A stretch of DNA of 64,000 nucleotides, taken from positions 64,001-128,000 of the forward strand of contig JBKAGP010000001.1 in assembly GCA_046290465.1 (NCBI GenBank), read 5' to 3'. This DNA comes from Planctomycetota bacterium (GTDB taxonomy: Bacteria > Planctomycetota > UBA1135 > UBA2386). Under the pieces are notes generated by a model. That model saw only the letters and a program-made list of their open reading frames with translations. It was not told the origin of the DNA and did no database searches. Made by a program: the position numbers and the translations under genes. Below are positions 44,189-52,657 of the stretch, in pieces; position 1 is the first letter of the stretch, and each line of letters starts with the position of its first letter.

Positions 44189-45469
44189 TTGAAGAACCCC
44201 CTCACTCGTTCCCTGATCCCGACCGCGGCGCTGCTGGCGTTCGCGAGCCAAGTCGCTGCGCAGAATGCGCAGGAGTCGCTCGAGCAACGCGTTGCCGAGC
44301 TCGAAGCCCGTCTCGCCGCCCAGAACCCGGAACTGAGCCAGCAGGGCTCGTCCAACGGCGACACGCTCTCCAACCTGTTCAAGAACGGTCGCGTCGACTA
44401 CCGCCTCGGGCGCGGTCTGACGTTCTCGTCGCAGGACGCCGAGGACTTCTCGATCAACATCGGTGGTCAGGTTCAGGTCGGGTACCGCTACTCGGACGAT
44501 GATCCGACGAGCACGACCAACAGCGGCTTCGCCGTGCGCTCGTCGCGCATCCGCTTCGGCGGCAACGTCTTCTCGGACAAGGTCACCTACTTCGTCCAGA
44601 TGGACCCGTCGACGGGCGCCGACCTGGTCGATGCCTGGGCCGGCTGGCAGTTCCACGAGAACGTCAACCTGCGCCTCGGCCAGCAGAAGATGCGCTCGGG
44701 CCTGCAGGCCGACACGAGCATGGCGGACACCGACCTGGAGATGGTCAACCGCTCGATCGCCACGACGGCCTTCGCCAACCAGCGCGCCACCGGTGCCCTG
44801 TTCGAAGGCAACGCCGCCGAGGGCAAGTTCAACTGGCACGCGGGCCTGATGAACAACGGCACCGCCGGCATCGACGGTGCTGGGGTTCCGGGCAACACGG
44901 CGGCGCTGGTCGGCCTCGCCGGCCCCGCGCAGGCCAACCAGGTCGGCACCAGCGAGATCGGCTGGACCGCCGGTGCGAGCTACAGCAACATGGAAGGCAA
45001 CAGTGAGGACTGGTCGGAAGGTGACCTGGCCCACACCGGCAACCTCCACTGGATCGCTGGCGGCACGATCACGTCGGCCAACGAGGCCCTCGCGAACGGC
45101 GGCGACGCCATGACCATCAACCTGTTCGGCGGCCTCAAGGCCGGCAACGGCTTCGCCGGCCAGTTCGAGTACTGGCTGCGCGACAACGACGACCTGAACC
45201 GCGACGACGCGGGCTTCTACGGCCAGGTCTCCTACACGCTGAAGAAGAACGAGGGCGACAAGATCCAGTGGGGCGGCGTGCTCCGCTACTCGTCGGCCGA
45301 CTTCGACGGTCCGGAAGCGACCGAGATCTCGGGTGGCGTCAACGCCTACTACCACGAGCACAACCTCAAGACCCAGCTGCAGATCTCGAGCATCCAGTTC
45401 GACAACGCGGCCGGCACCGAGGTCAGCGACACGACCAGCATCGACCTGCTGTTCACGCTGGTGTTCTGA
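44189..45469 (+). CDS. Outer-membrane porin (OprO/OprP-like)
   Basis: TTG start, signal peptide, LEQRVAELEARL coiled coil, F..R..RI.FGG, L.DAW, GQQK, C-terminal Phe. Confidence 0.8.
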   Translation: MKNPLTRSLIPTAALLAFASQVAAQNAQESLEQRVAELEARLAAQNPELSQQGSSNGDTLSNLFKNGRVDYRLGRGLTFSSQDAEDFSINIGGQVQVGYRYSDDDPTSTTNSGFAVRSSRIRFGGNVFSDKVTYFVQMDPSTGADLVDAWAGWQFHENVNLRLGQQKMRSGLQADTSMADTDLEMVNRSIATTAFANQRATGALFEGNAAEGKFNWHAGLMNNGTAGIDGAGVPGNTAALVGLAGPAQANQVGTSEIGWTAGASYSNMEGNSEDWSEGDLAHTGNLHWIAGGTITSANEALANGGDAMTINLFGGLKAGNGFAGQFEYWLRDNDDLNRDDAGFYGQVSYTLKKNEGDKIQWGGVLRYSSADFDGPEATEISGGVNAYYHEHNLKTQLQISSIQFDNAAGTEVSDTTSIDLLFTLVF

Positions 45470-45494
45470 TCCGCACGGATCCGAGACCAAGCAC

Positions 45495-45525
45495 AACGGG
45501 GCGGCCATCGCGGCCGCCCCGTTTG
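45495..45525. terminator. Terminator hairpin between convergent porin genes
   Basis: AACGGGGCGGCC-ATCGC-GGCCGCCCCGTTT. Confidence 0.7.
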
Positions 45526-45592
45526 CATGTAGATCCGGCCGGCTCCGCCGGCAGCGCGCGTGCTCCGCGGCGGGGCGGCAGCGCGTTGCTGC

Positions 45593-46480
45593 CTAGAAGA
45601 ACGTCGACATGCCGAACTCGAAGATCAGCTCGGCGCCGTCGCCGCCGTTGCGCGCCTCGTTGTTGTCGCCGAGCAGCAGCGCGTGCAGGCCGACGTGGCC
45701 GACCCACGGGCCCATGCCCGCCGGCAGGAACTCGAGCGGCGCCGAGGCGACCCCGCCGAGCTGCAGGAAGCCGAAGAAGTCGTCGTCGCCGTTGGTGACC
45801 GGGCGCTCGTAGTAGCCGCCGGTGCCGAGGCCGAGGCGGACCGGCGTGGTCAGCACGACCGGCGCCTCACCGATCGCACCGATCTCGAACTGCGGCGCGA
45901 TGCCGAGCTCGACGTACTGGCCTTCGTCGCTGCCGCCGTCGCGCTGGTTGTTGAGCTCGATCGCGATCGTCGCGTACGGGTTGAGCGCGAAGTCCTCGAC
46001 TAGCACGCCGGTGTCGTCGAAGCGAACGTCGACCTGCAGCTCGGTGATGTTGCTGAGGCCGCGCGCGAAGCCGCCGTTGTTCGGCGTGCTGTAGAAGTTC
46101 AGGCGCGCGCCGACCTGGAAGCGCTCGCTGACCTGCGCGTTGGCGCCGAAGAAGAACCGGCTCTCGTACCAGACCCCGCCGACCCCGCCCGTGCCGGTCG
46201 GGCCGTCGTGCAGCGAGTTCCACTGGCCGAACACCAGGTCGACGGACTGTTCGCCGTCGTCGGCCTGCCACAGCTCGCTGTTCAGCTCGAGCCAGGGCTG
46301 GAAGATGATGCCCTGGTTCTCCTGCTGGATGCCGCGGAAGAAGTACTGCGAGGTGACGTCGAAGCCGAGGCGGCCGTCGATGGCGGCTTCGCGCGCGGCG
46401 AGGCGTTCTTCGAAGGTCGGCGCGTTCTGCGCGCACAGGGTCGAAGCGACGAGGAGCGAGGCAAGGATCGGATAACGCAT
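45593..46480 (-). CDS. Outer-membrane beta-barrel (TorF/TIGR02001-like)
   Basis: Signal peptide; SQYFFRGIQQ motif; alternating beta pattern; C-terminal FF. Confidence 0.7.
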   Translation of the reverse strand: MRYPILASLLVASTLCAQNAPTFEERLAAREAAIDGRLGFDVTSQYFFRGIQQENQGIIFQPWLELNSELWQADDGEQSVDLVFGQWNSLHDGPTGTGGVGGVWYESRFFFGANAQVSERFQVGARLNFYSTPNNGGFARGLSNITELQVDVRFDDTGVLVEDFALNPYATIAIELNNQRDGGSDEGQYVELGIAPQFEIGAIGEAPVVLTTPVRLGLGTGGYYERPVTNGDDDFFGFLQLGGVASAPLEFLPAGMGPWVGHVGLHALLLGDNNEARNGGDGAELIFEFGMSTFF

Positions 46481-46523
46481 CGCGGTATCGGACGCCCGGC
46501 GCGCTCCGGTTTCCAGCGCCGGG

Positions 46524-48116
46524 TCAGCTCCGGCGCCACTCGATCGACAGCGGGTCGCCGACGTAGTCGTTGCCGACCGACTTGAGCACCCGGAAGAACG
46601 GCCGCGAGCCCTGCGGGTCTTGCTCGAAGAACACGTGCAGCACGTTGTCGAAGCCGACCAGGTAGGTGGAAGGATCGAAGGCGCTCGTCGATTTCCCGCC
46701 CGACGGCGGCACCATGTCGACGAACAGGGGGGTGATGCCCTCGTAGCGCAGCATGTCGAGCATCGCCGCGATCAGGAACCGCTGGTCGCTGATCAGCGGG
46801 AACCGTTCGTGCAGCTGGAAGATGTTGTCGAACGCCATGCGCGCGACCGGCCGCGGCGTGCCGTCGGCGTGGCCGCCCTGCACCAGCCGGATCAGGTCCC
46901 AGGTGAACTTGCCCGGCGTGATGAACTCGGGATGCAGGTAGACGACGCGGAAGTCGTCGGCGAAGCGGCCGCCCTCGCCCAGGCACGCCGACAGCGCCGG
47001 TTCGCGCTGGCAGATCCGCCGGATCGCGTCGCGGTCCTCGCGCGTCGACACGAACAGCGCGCGTTCGCCCTGGTCGAGCGCCTTGGCGAGGAACCGCAGC
47101 GCCAGGTAGGTCGAGCGCGTGCCCGGCTCGCTGAGCAGGATCGTCGACGAGTGCCTGGTCGGCCCGCTGTCCTCGAGGAACGCGCGCTGCAGGTCCGGGT
47201 GGCCGAGGTCGATCGGCGTGTCGCCGCGCGAAGGTACCGCGAACTGCGCCTGGTCACGCGCCATCGACAGCTGGGCGGCGACCGACGGGTAGATGTGGAT
47301 GCCGGGGCCGCGTTCGTTGCGCGCGCCGAGGTAGACGTCGCGGGTGATGCCGCGGCCGGCGATCGAGAAGTGGTGCACGCCGCGGTAGTAGTACTGGTGG
47401 CGCGCCTTGCTGATCTCGATCGCGCGCACCTTGAAGTCGGTGGCCTCCTCGCGGAACGACAGGTGCAGCATCAGGTCGGTCGAGAACTCCTCGGCCGACG
47501 GCAGCCGCAGGTCGCGCGGATGGGCCTCCTCCATCACGAAGATGCCGTGGATCCTCGACTCGAGCAGCCGGCGCCGCGTCTCGAGCAGCGTCGCGCGCTT
47601 CTCGAAGTACTCGAGGTCGGTCAGCAGCAGGCCGACGTTGTCGATCACGACCATGCGCACCGGCGCGACGCGGCGGTGGTTCTCGATCTCGGCGAGGATC
47701 CACTCGATGTCGACGGTGGTGCCGCGCGCGTTCTTCTGCGTCAGCGCCGCCGGCTTGGCCTGCGTCAGCACCAGCTTGCGCGGCGCCTCCGACGCCTCGT
47801 GCGCCTTCAGCACCATCTTGTTTGGCACCTCGCGCGGCTCGGCCTCGACCTCGACGCCGCTGCGGAACCAGTCGAAGTCGAACGCGAGCTTCTTCTCGAT
47901 CGAGTCGGGGGTGTGTTCGACCGAGTAGTAGAGGAACGTGCCGTCCTCGCCGGAGAGCCACGCGCGCACGACCATCTCGAGCGCGAGCAGGGTCTTGCCG
48001 GTGCCGGGGCCGCCGGCGAGGCAGACGAACGCGGCCGAGTCGTCGGGGTAGCGGATGCCGCCGCCGAGGATGCCGTCGAGGCCGTCGATGCCGGTCTTCA
48101 GGATCGCGAAGCTCAC
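46524..48116 (-). CDS. KaiC-like double-domain RecA-superfamily ATPase
   Basis: KTGIDGLDGILGGG, Walker A GGPGTGKT, VIDN, IEISKAR; second domain with degenerate SEPGTRST and VLKS. Confidence 0.85.
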   Translation of the reverse strand: MSFAILKTGIDGLDGILGGGIRYPDDSAAFVCLAGGPGTGKTLLALEMVVRAWLSGEDGTFLYYSVEHTPDSIEKKLAFDFDWFRSGVEVEAEPREVPNKMVLKAHEASEAPRKLVLTQAKPAALTQKNARGTTVDIEWILAEIENHRRVAPVRMVVIDNVGLLLTDLEYFEKRATLLETRRRLLESRIHGIFVMEEAHPRDLRLPSAEEFSTDLMLHLSFREEATDFKVRAIEISKARHQYYYRGVHHFSIAGRGITRDVYLGARNERGPGIHIYPSVAAQLSMARDQAQFAVPSRGDTPIDLGHPDLQRAFLEDSGPTRHSSTILLSEPGTRSTYLALRFLAKALDQGERALFVSTREDRDAIRRICQREPALSACLGEGGRFADDFRVVYLHPEFITPGKFTWDLIRLVQGGHADGTPRPVARMAFDNIFQLHERFPLISDQRFLIAAMLDMLRYEGITPLFVDMVPPSGGKSTSAFDPSTYLVGFDNVLHVFFEQDPQGSRPFFRVLKSVGNDYVGDPLSIEWRRS

Positions 48117-48181
48117 GCCACCAAGGTAGAGGTCGGCGGTCCGCGATGGAACGGCGCTGCGCCGTTCGCCAAGATGGGGGC

Positions 48182-48808
48182 GTGCTCGACGAACCGACCG
48201 ACTTCTGCCGGCTGTGGCTGCTGCGCCACCCCGAACTCGAATCCGCGCACACCGAGCTCGCCGTCGGCGCTGGCCCGGCCGACCTGAGCCGCCGCGGCCG
48301 CGCCCAGCTGCTGCGCTGGCTCGAGCTGTTCAAGGAGCGCGAGGTCGCGCTGGTCGCGAGCGGCCCGCAGCCGCAGTGCCTCGACGCCGCGCGCGGCCTG
48401 GCCGAGCACAAGCAGCTCGAGGTCAAGGTCGACGCGCGCCTGCGCGACCAGGAGATGGGCCAGTGGCAGGGCCGTTCGTGGGCGGACATCATGCGCGACC
48501 AGGAAGCGGCGGTGCGCACGTTCTTCAGCGAGTTCGGCGAGGCCGCCGCGCCCGGCGGCGAGACCCTGGGACAGTCCGTCGAGCGCATGCTGCAGTGGTG
48601 GACCGAGGTGATGCCGGAGGTGGCGGGCAAGGAGGTGATCGTGGTCGGGCCCGGGTCCCTGCTGACCGGCTTCACCGCGGCGATGCTCGGCATGCGGCTG
48701 TCGCGCTGCCTGTCGCTCAACCTGCCCTACGGCGGCATCGGCGCGCTCGACGCGTTCCAGAACGGCGTGCGGGTCGCGACGTGGAACGCGGATGCGATGG
48801 AGGGGTGA
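48182..48808 (+). CDS. Histidine phosphatase (phosphoglycerate mutase-like) family protein, possibly degenerate
   Basis: LLRHPE, L+..G..Q, LRDQEMGQWQG, PGGETL; the second catalytic His position appears to be replaced (VVGPG). Confidence 0.75.
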   Translation: MLDEPTDFCRLWLLRHPELESAHTELAVGAGPADLSRRGRAQLLRWLELFKEREVALVASGPQPQCLDAARGLAEHKQLEVKVDARLRDQEMGQWQGRSWADIMRDQEAAVRTFFSEFGEAAAPGGETLGQSVERMLQWWTEVMPEVAGKEVIVVGPGSLLTGFTAAMLGMRLSRCLSLNLPYGGIGALDAFQNGVRVATWNADAMEG

Positions 48809-48841
48809 GCGGCGCGGCCGTCGAGGTGATGGCGCAGACGC

Positions 48842-48905
48842 ACCGAACCCGGTTCAAGTTGCGCACTTCCGCCGGAGGCGGAAGTGCGACTGAACCGGGT
48901 TCGGT
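48842..48905. repeat. Long imperfect intergenic hairpin (REP-like)
   Basis: ACCGAACCCGGTTCA..CGCACTTCCGCC-GGA-GGCGGAAGTGCG..TGAACCGGGTTCGGT. Confidence 0.8.
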
Positions 48906-49003
48906 ATGCGGTGGTTGGGCCCGTTCGAGCAGCTCTCCGTTCGAGCAGTTCTCCGTTGCGGAAGGTCGCCGGTCCGGGGCGGGGCGCAGGCTACGCTGCC
49001 TCG

Positions 49004-50125
49004 ATGCCGCGCGTCCCGCTCGCCCTGTTGTCGTTGTTCGTCGCCTCCTCGCTGATCGCACAGGAAGCTCCGTACTATCCGGGCAAGTGGGGCGACTGGC
49101 AGACCGTCGCGGCCAGGGACGCCGGCTTCGACCAGGACCGCCTCGCCGCGGCCGTCGCGTTCGCCAAGCAGCACTTCGCACGCGACGGCGGCTTCGACCC
49201 GTCGCGCGAGCCGTACGGCGAGCGCATCGGTCCGGTCAAGCCGCCGTCGGGCATGAACGGCATGGTCGTCGTCGGCGGCAAGATCGTCACCGAGTGGGGC
49301 GACACCGGCGAGGTCGACATGACCTTCAGCATCACCAAGACCTACCTGTCGACGACGGCGGGGCTGGCGTTCGACCGCGGCTTGATCCGCGACGTGCAGC
49401 ACCGGGTGCGCGACTACGTGCAGGACGGCAGCTACGACACGGCCCACAACGGCGAGATCACCTGGCACCAGCTGCTCAACCAGACCAGCGGTTGGGAAGG
49501 CACGCTGTGGGGCAAGCCCGACTGGGCCGATCGCTACCGCCGCGAGCGTCGGCCGTCGGAGCAACCGGGCGAGCACTGGCGCTACAACGACGTGCGCGTC
49601 AACCAGCTGGCGCTGTCGCTGCTGCACGTGTTCCGCGAGCCGCTGCCGAAGGTGCTGCGCCGCGAGGTCATGGACCCGATCGGCTGTTCGCCGACCTGGC
49701 GCTGGCACGGCTACGAGAACTCCTGGGTCACGGTGGACGGCTCCAGGATGCAGTCGGTCAGCGGCGGCGGCCACTGGGGCGGCGGCATGTTCATCCGCAC
49801 CCGCGACCACGCGCGTTTCGGCCTCTTGATGCTGCGCAACGGCCGCTGGAAGGACCGGCAGCTGGTGTCCGAGAAGTGGATCGAGATGGCCAAGGTGCCG
49901 ACGCCGCAGAACCGGAAGTACGGCTACATGAACTGGTTCCTCAACAGCAGCGAGGAACACAAGCAGTACCGCAGCGCCCCGGTCGGCGACGTGTTCTTCC
50001 TCGGCGCCGGCACCAACCTGGTCTGGCTGTGCCCGTCCAGGGACATGGTCGTGGTGGTGCGCTGGCTGCAGGGCCGGCACGTCGACGCGTTCCTCGGCAA
50101 GGTGATCGACGCGTTCGAGCGCTAG
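49004..50125 (+). CDS. Secreted serine hydrolase (beta-lactamase/class C-like family)
   Basis: Signal peptide; SITK (SxxK), LLNQTSG, PG..W.YN, D.ARFGLL.L..GRW. Confidence 0.85.
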   Translation: MPRVPLALLSLFVASSLIAQEAPYYPGKWGDWQTVAARDAGFDQDRLAAAVAFAKQHFARDGGFDPSREPYGERIGPVKPPSGMNGMVVVGGKIVTEWGDTGEVDMTFSITKTYLSTTAGLAFDRGLIRDVQHRVRDYVQDGSYDTAHNGEITWHQLLNQTSGWEGTLWGKPDWADRYRRERRPSEQPGEHWRYNDVRVNQLALSLLHVFREPLPKVLRREVMDPIGCSPTWRWHGYENSWVTVDGSRMQSVSGGGHWGGGMFIRTRDHARFGLLMLRNGRWKDRQLVSEKWIEMAKVPTPQNRKYGYMNWFLNSSEEHKQYRSAPVGDVFFLGAGTNLVWLCPSRDMVVVVRWLQGRHVDAFLGKVIDAFER

Positions 50126-50158
50126 GAGCGCGTCCACTACATGGACGCGCTCCTAGCG
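50120..50158. repeat. Solo REP palindrome of the 28-kb array family
   Basis: CGCTAGGAGCGCGTCCA-CTACA-TGGACGCGCTCCTAGCG (17-bp arms); includes the upstream gene's TAG. Confidence 0.92.
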
Positions 50159-50161
50159 TCG

Positions 50162-50413
50162 CTACGACTGCGTGTAGCGCGCCAGGTCGGCCATCGAGAA
50201 CGTGCCGCCCGAGCCGAGCGTCGGCGTCCACGGGGTCTCGGCGTTGACGTACGAGTCCTCGTCGTTGTGCAGCATCCGGATCAGCGTCAGCGCCACGATG
50301 CGGCCGCCGACGCCGGTCATCACGCCGCCGTTGTTCTCGGCCTCGGCGAGGATGTAGTACCACAGCGGCGTCTCGTCCAGCATCGCGGTGCGCACCTTCT
50401 GGATCGCGGCGGA
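50162..50413 (-). pseudogene. C-terminal remnant of an animal-type heme peroxidase family gene
   Basis: TPLWYYILAEAE..GG..TGVGGRIVA..LI..L..D..SY....W.P.L....F.MADL resembles the C-terminus of bacterial heme peroxidases; in-frame TAA just upstream. Confidence 0.65.
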
Positions 50414-50461
50414 TTACGTATTGCGGCCCGGACAGGAAATCCCGGCGCGCGGCGGCCGGCG

Positions 50462-51787
50462 TCACCGGGGCTCGAGCAGGCCCGGCGGCTCGGCGCCGGC
50501 GTACGCGCACAGCCGCCGGAGGTAGTCCTCGTAGAACGCGGCCGAGCCGGCGACGTAGCCGGCGACCGAGATCCGGCCGAGTCCCTTCAGGCGCGTGGTC
50601 GTGTTGTCGAACCACAGGTCGGGCACGAGCGCGTCCGGCGCCGGCTCGCCGGTGCGTTCGCGATGCAGGCGCCGCGCCATGGCGAGCAGTCGGCCGCACA
50701 GCCAGCTGCGCTTGTGGCCCTTGTCGAGCAGCAGGAGGAAGTCGCGGCGCTGCTCGTCGTCGTCGACGGCGGCCGCGAGCAGCCGCGGCATCTCGGCCTT
50801 GGTCTTCGGTCCCCACTTGCCGTCGGTCGCGAGTGCGGTGGTGAACAGCTGGTTGGTCAAGGCCTGCAGCGCCGCCAGGCGGCACGAGCCCTGGCCCGAG
50901 TGGAAGTCGGCGAGCACGAACGCGAGCCGCGGGTCGTGGGTGATGCGCGGCGGGATGCCGGCCGGCGGCGCCTCGCCGTAGCGCTGCTCCCAGGCGTCGC
51001 GCAGCTTGCCGTCGTCGCGGTACTGCGGGAACCGGTGCAGCACGTCGAGGGTGCGCGCGCCGGCGACGCCGTCGAGCGCCAAGGCCTCGCCGGTCAGGTC
51101 GCTCAGCAGCTTCTGCTGCAGCGCGCGGGCGCGCGGCTCCGGATCGCGGGCCAGGTAGTCGCCCGATCGGCCGAAGGCCTGCGGCAGCAGGCCGGACGGA
51201 CCGGGGGTGTGCACCTGGCCGGTCAGGCAGCGGTCCGGCACGTAGTCGACGACGATCTCGTCGAGCACCGCGACGCAGGCGGCGACGCCGGTCTCGATGT
51301 CGAGCGACAGCGCCCGCACGTTGTGTCGATCGAGGCGCTGGCCGAGGGCCTGTTCGAAGTGGTCGTGCAGCCGCCAGCGCTGCACCTGCATCGGGCCGAT
51401 CGTGCGGATCGGATCGTCGACGCCGAGGTCGTGCGCCAGCTCCGGGACGACGCGCTGGTAGACCCATTCGAGGTCCGGCGCCAGGAAGTGCGACTCACGG
51501 CGGATCTGCGCGGTGACCAGCGCCAGGTAGCCGAGGTCGGCGGTGGGCGAGCTGCGCACGATGGCGCTGGCCCAGCGCGCCGGTTGCCGCACGCCGTCCT
51601 CCTGCAGCACCCGGCTCAGCGCCGAGACCAGCGGCTGCTGGCGCGCCGACAGCGGGGCGTGGCGGGCCGGACGTTCGGGCGGCTGCGGCCACGCGCGGCC
51701 GGCGTCGGCGACAACGCCGACGAGGTGGGCCGCACCGTAGGCGGCGAGCAGGACGAGCAGGATCCGACCGGCGATCTTGACGCGCAT
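50462..51787 (-). CDS. DUF1615/YaiW-like lysozyme-fold protein with PG-binding-like segments
   Basis: QIRRESHF, TIGPMQV, LADFHSG, LALDGVAG and LATDGKWGPKT repeats; N-terminal TM. Confidence 0.6.
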   Translation of the reverse strand: MRVKIAGRILLVLLAAYGAAHLVGVVADAGRAWPQPPERPARHAPLSARQQPLVSALSRVLQEDGVRQPARWASAIVRSSPTADLGYLALVTAQIRRESHFLAPDLEWVYQRVVPELAHDLGVDDPIRTIGPMQVQRWRLHDHFEQALGQRLDRHNVRALSLDIETGVAACVAVLDEIVVDYVPDRCLTGQVHTPGPSGLLPQAFGRSGDYLARDPEPRARALQQKLLSDLTGEALALDGVAGARTLDVLHRFPQYRDDGKLRDAWEQRYGEAPPAGIPPRITHDPRLAFVLADFHSGQGSCRLAALQALTNQLFTTALATDGKWGPKTKAEMPRLLAAAVDDDEQRRDFLLLLDKGHKRSWLCGRLLAMARRLHRERTGEPAPDALVPDLWFDNTTTRLKGLGRISVAGYVAGSAAFYEDYLRRLCAYAGAEPPGLLEPR

Positions 51788-51851
51788 GAAGCCCCTCCGA
51801 GGACCGCCACCGATGATTGCAGAACGGCTGCGAACGGCAAGGCGGCGGCCG

Positions 51852-52583
51852 TCATTCCTGCGAGGACTGGCGGTAGGCGGTCGCGGTCATGCCCATGTGC
51901 CGATGGAACTGGCGGGCGAGGTCGGCGTGGTCGTAGAAGCCGGCCGCGAGCGCGATCTCGGTGATCGGCCGGTCGCCGTCGGCCAGCAGCTCGCACGCTC
52001 GCATCACCCGCAGCTGCATCAGGTAGGCGCGCGGCGTCATCTGGAACGTCGCGCGGAACTTGCGGCTCAGCTGGCGGGTCGACAGGCCGACCATGCGCGC
52101 CAGCCGGCCGACGTCGAGCGGCTGGTCGTAGTTGGCCTTGAGGTGGTCGGCGACCTTGGCGAGGTCGAGGTAGGGCTGCAGGGCCGCGCGCTGGCCCTCG
52201 TAGCTGCGCACGGTGCCGCAGATGCCACAGATGCGGCCCTGCCGGTCGAACAGCGGCAGCTTGTCCGTGATCGACCACTCCGGGCTGCCGAGCTTGTTGG
52301 GGAACAGCTCGATCAGGTCGTAGAGCGACTCGCCGGTCGCGAGCACGCGTTCGTCGTCGCGGCGGTACTTGTCGGCCAGGGCCGCCGGGAACAGGTCGTG
52401 GTCGGTCCGGCCGACCAGTTGCTGCTCGCGCTCGAGGCCGCAGCGCGCGACGAACGCCTGGTTGCCCATGCGCAGCCGGAAGTCCCGGTCCTTGGCGAAC
52501 ATCATCGTGCCCGGGAGGCGGTCGAACAGCCGGCGGAACTGGCCCGCGGCGAGCTGCGCGGCCCAGCGGTCGTTGGCCTGCAT
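51852..52583 (-). CDS. AraC family regulator with N-terminal PAS domain
   Basis: FAKDRD...N.AF...GRTD.DLFP PAS; LARMVGLS.RQL.R.F and ITEIALAAGFYDHA..RQF HTHs. Confidence 0.9.
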   Translation of the reverse strand: MQANDRWAAQLAAGQFRRLFDRLPGTMMFAKDRDFRLRMGNQAFVARCGLEREQQLVGRTDHDLFPAALADKYRRDDERVLATGESLYDLIELFPNKLGSPEWSITDKLPLFDRQGRICGICGTVRSYEGQRAALQPYLDLAKVADHLKANYDQPLDVGRLARMVGLSTRQLSRKFRATFQMTPRAYLMQLRVMRACELLADGDRPITEIALAAGFYDHADLARQFHRHMGMTATAYRQSSQE

Positions 52584-52657
52584 GGCCGAAACATACACAC
52601 GAGAGCCCGAAAGCTACAAGCCGCGCCGGCGGCCTCCGGGTGTCATCGGTCGTGAAC

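Noticed and set aside
46524..48116. Circadian clock kaiC
   Set aside because: No kaiA/kaiB, a degenerate C-terminal Walker A and no recognisable phosphosite motif; called KaiC-like only
49004..50125. Antibiotic-resistance beta-lactamase
   Set aside because: The motifs fit the broad serine hydrolase family, with no specific class A/C resistance signature or mobile context
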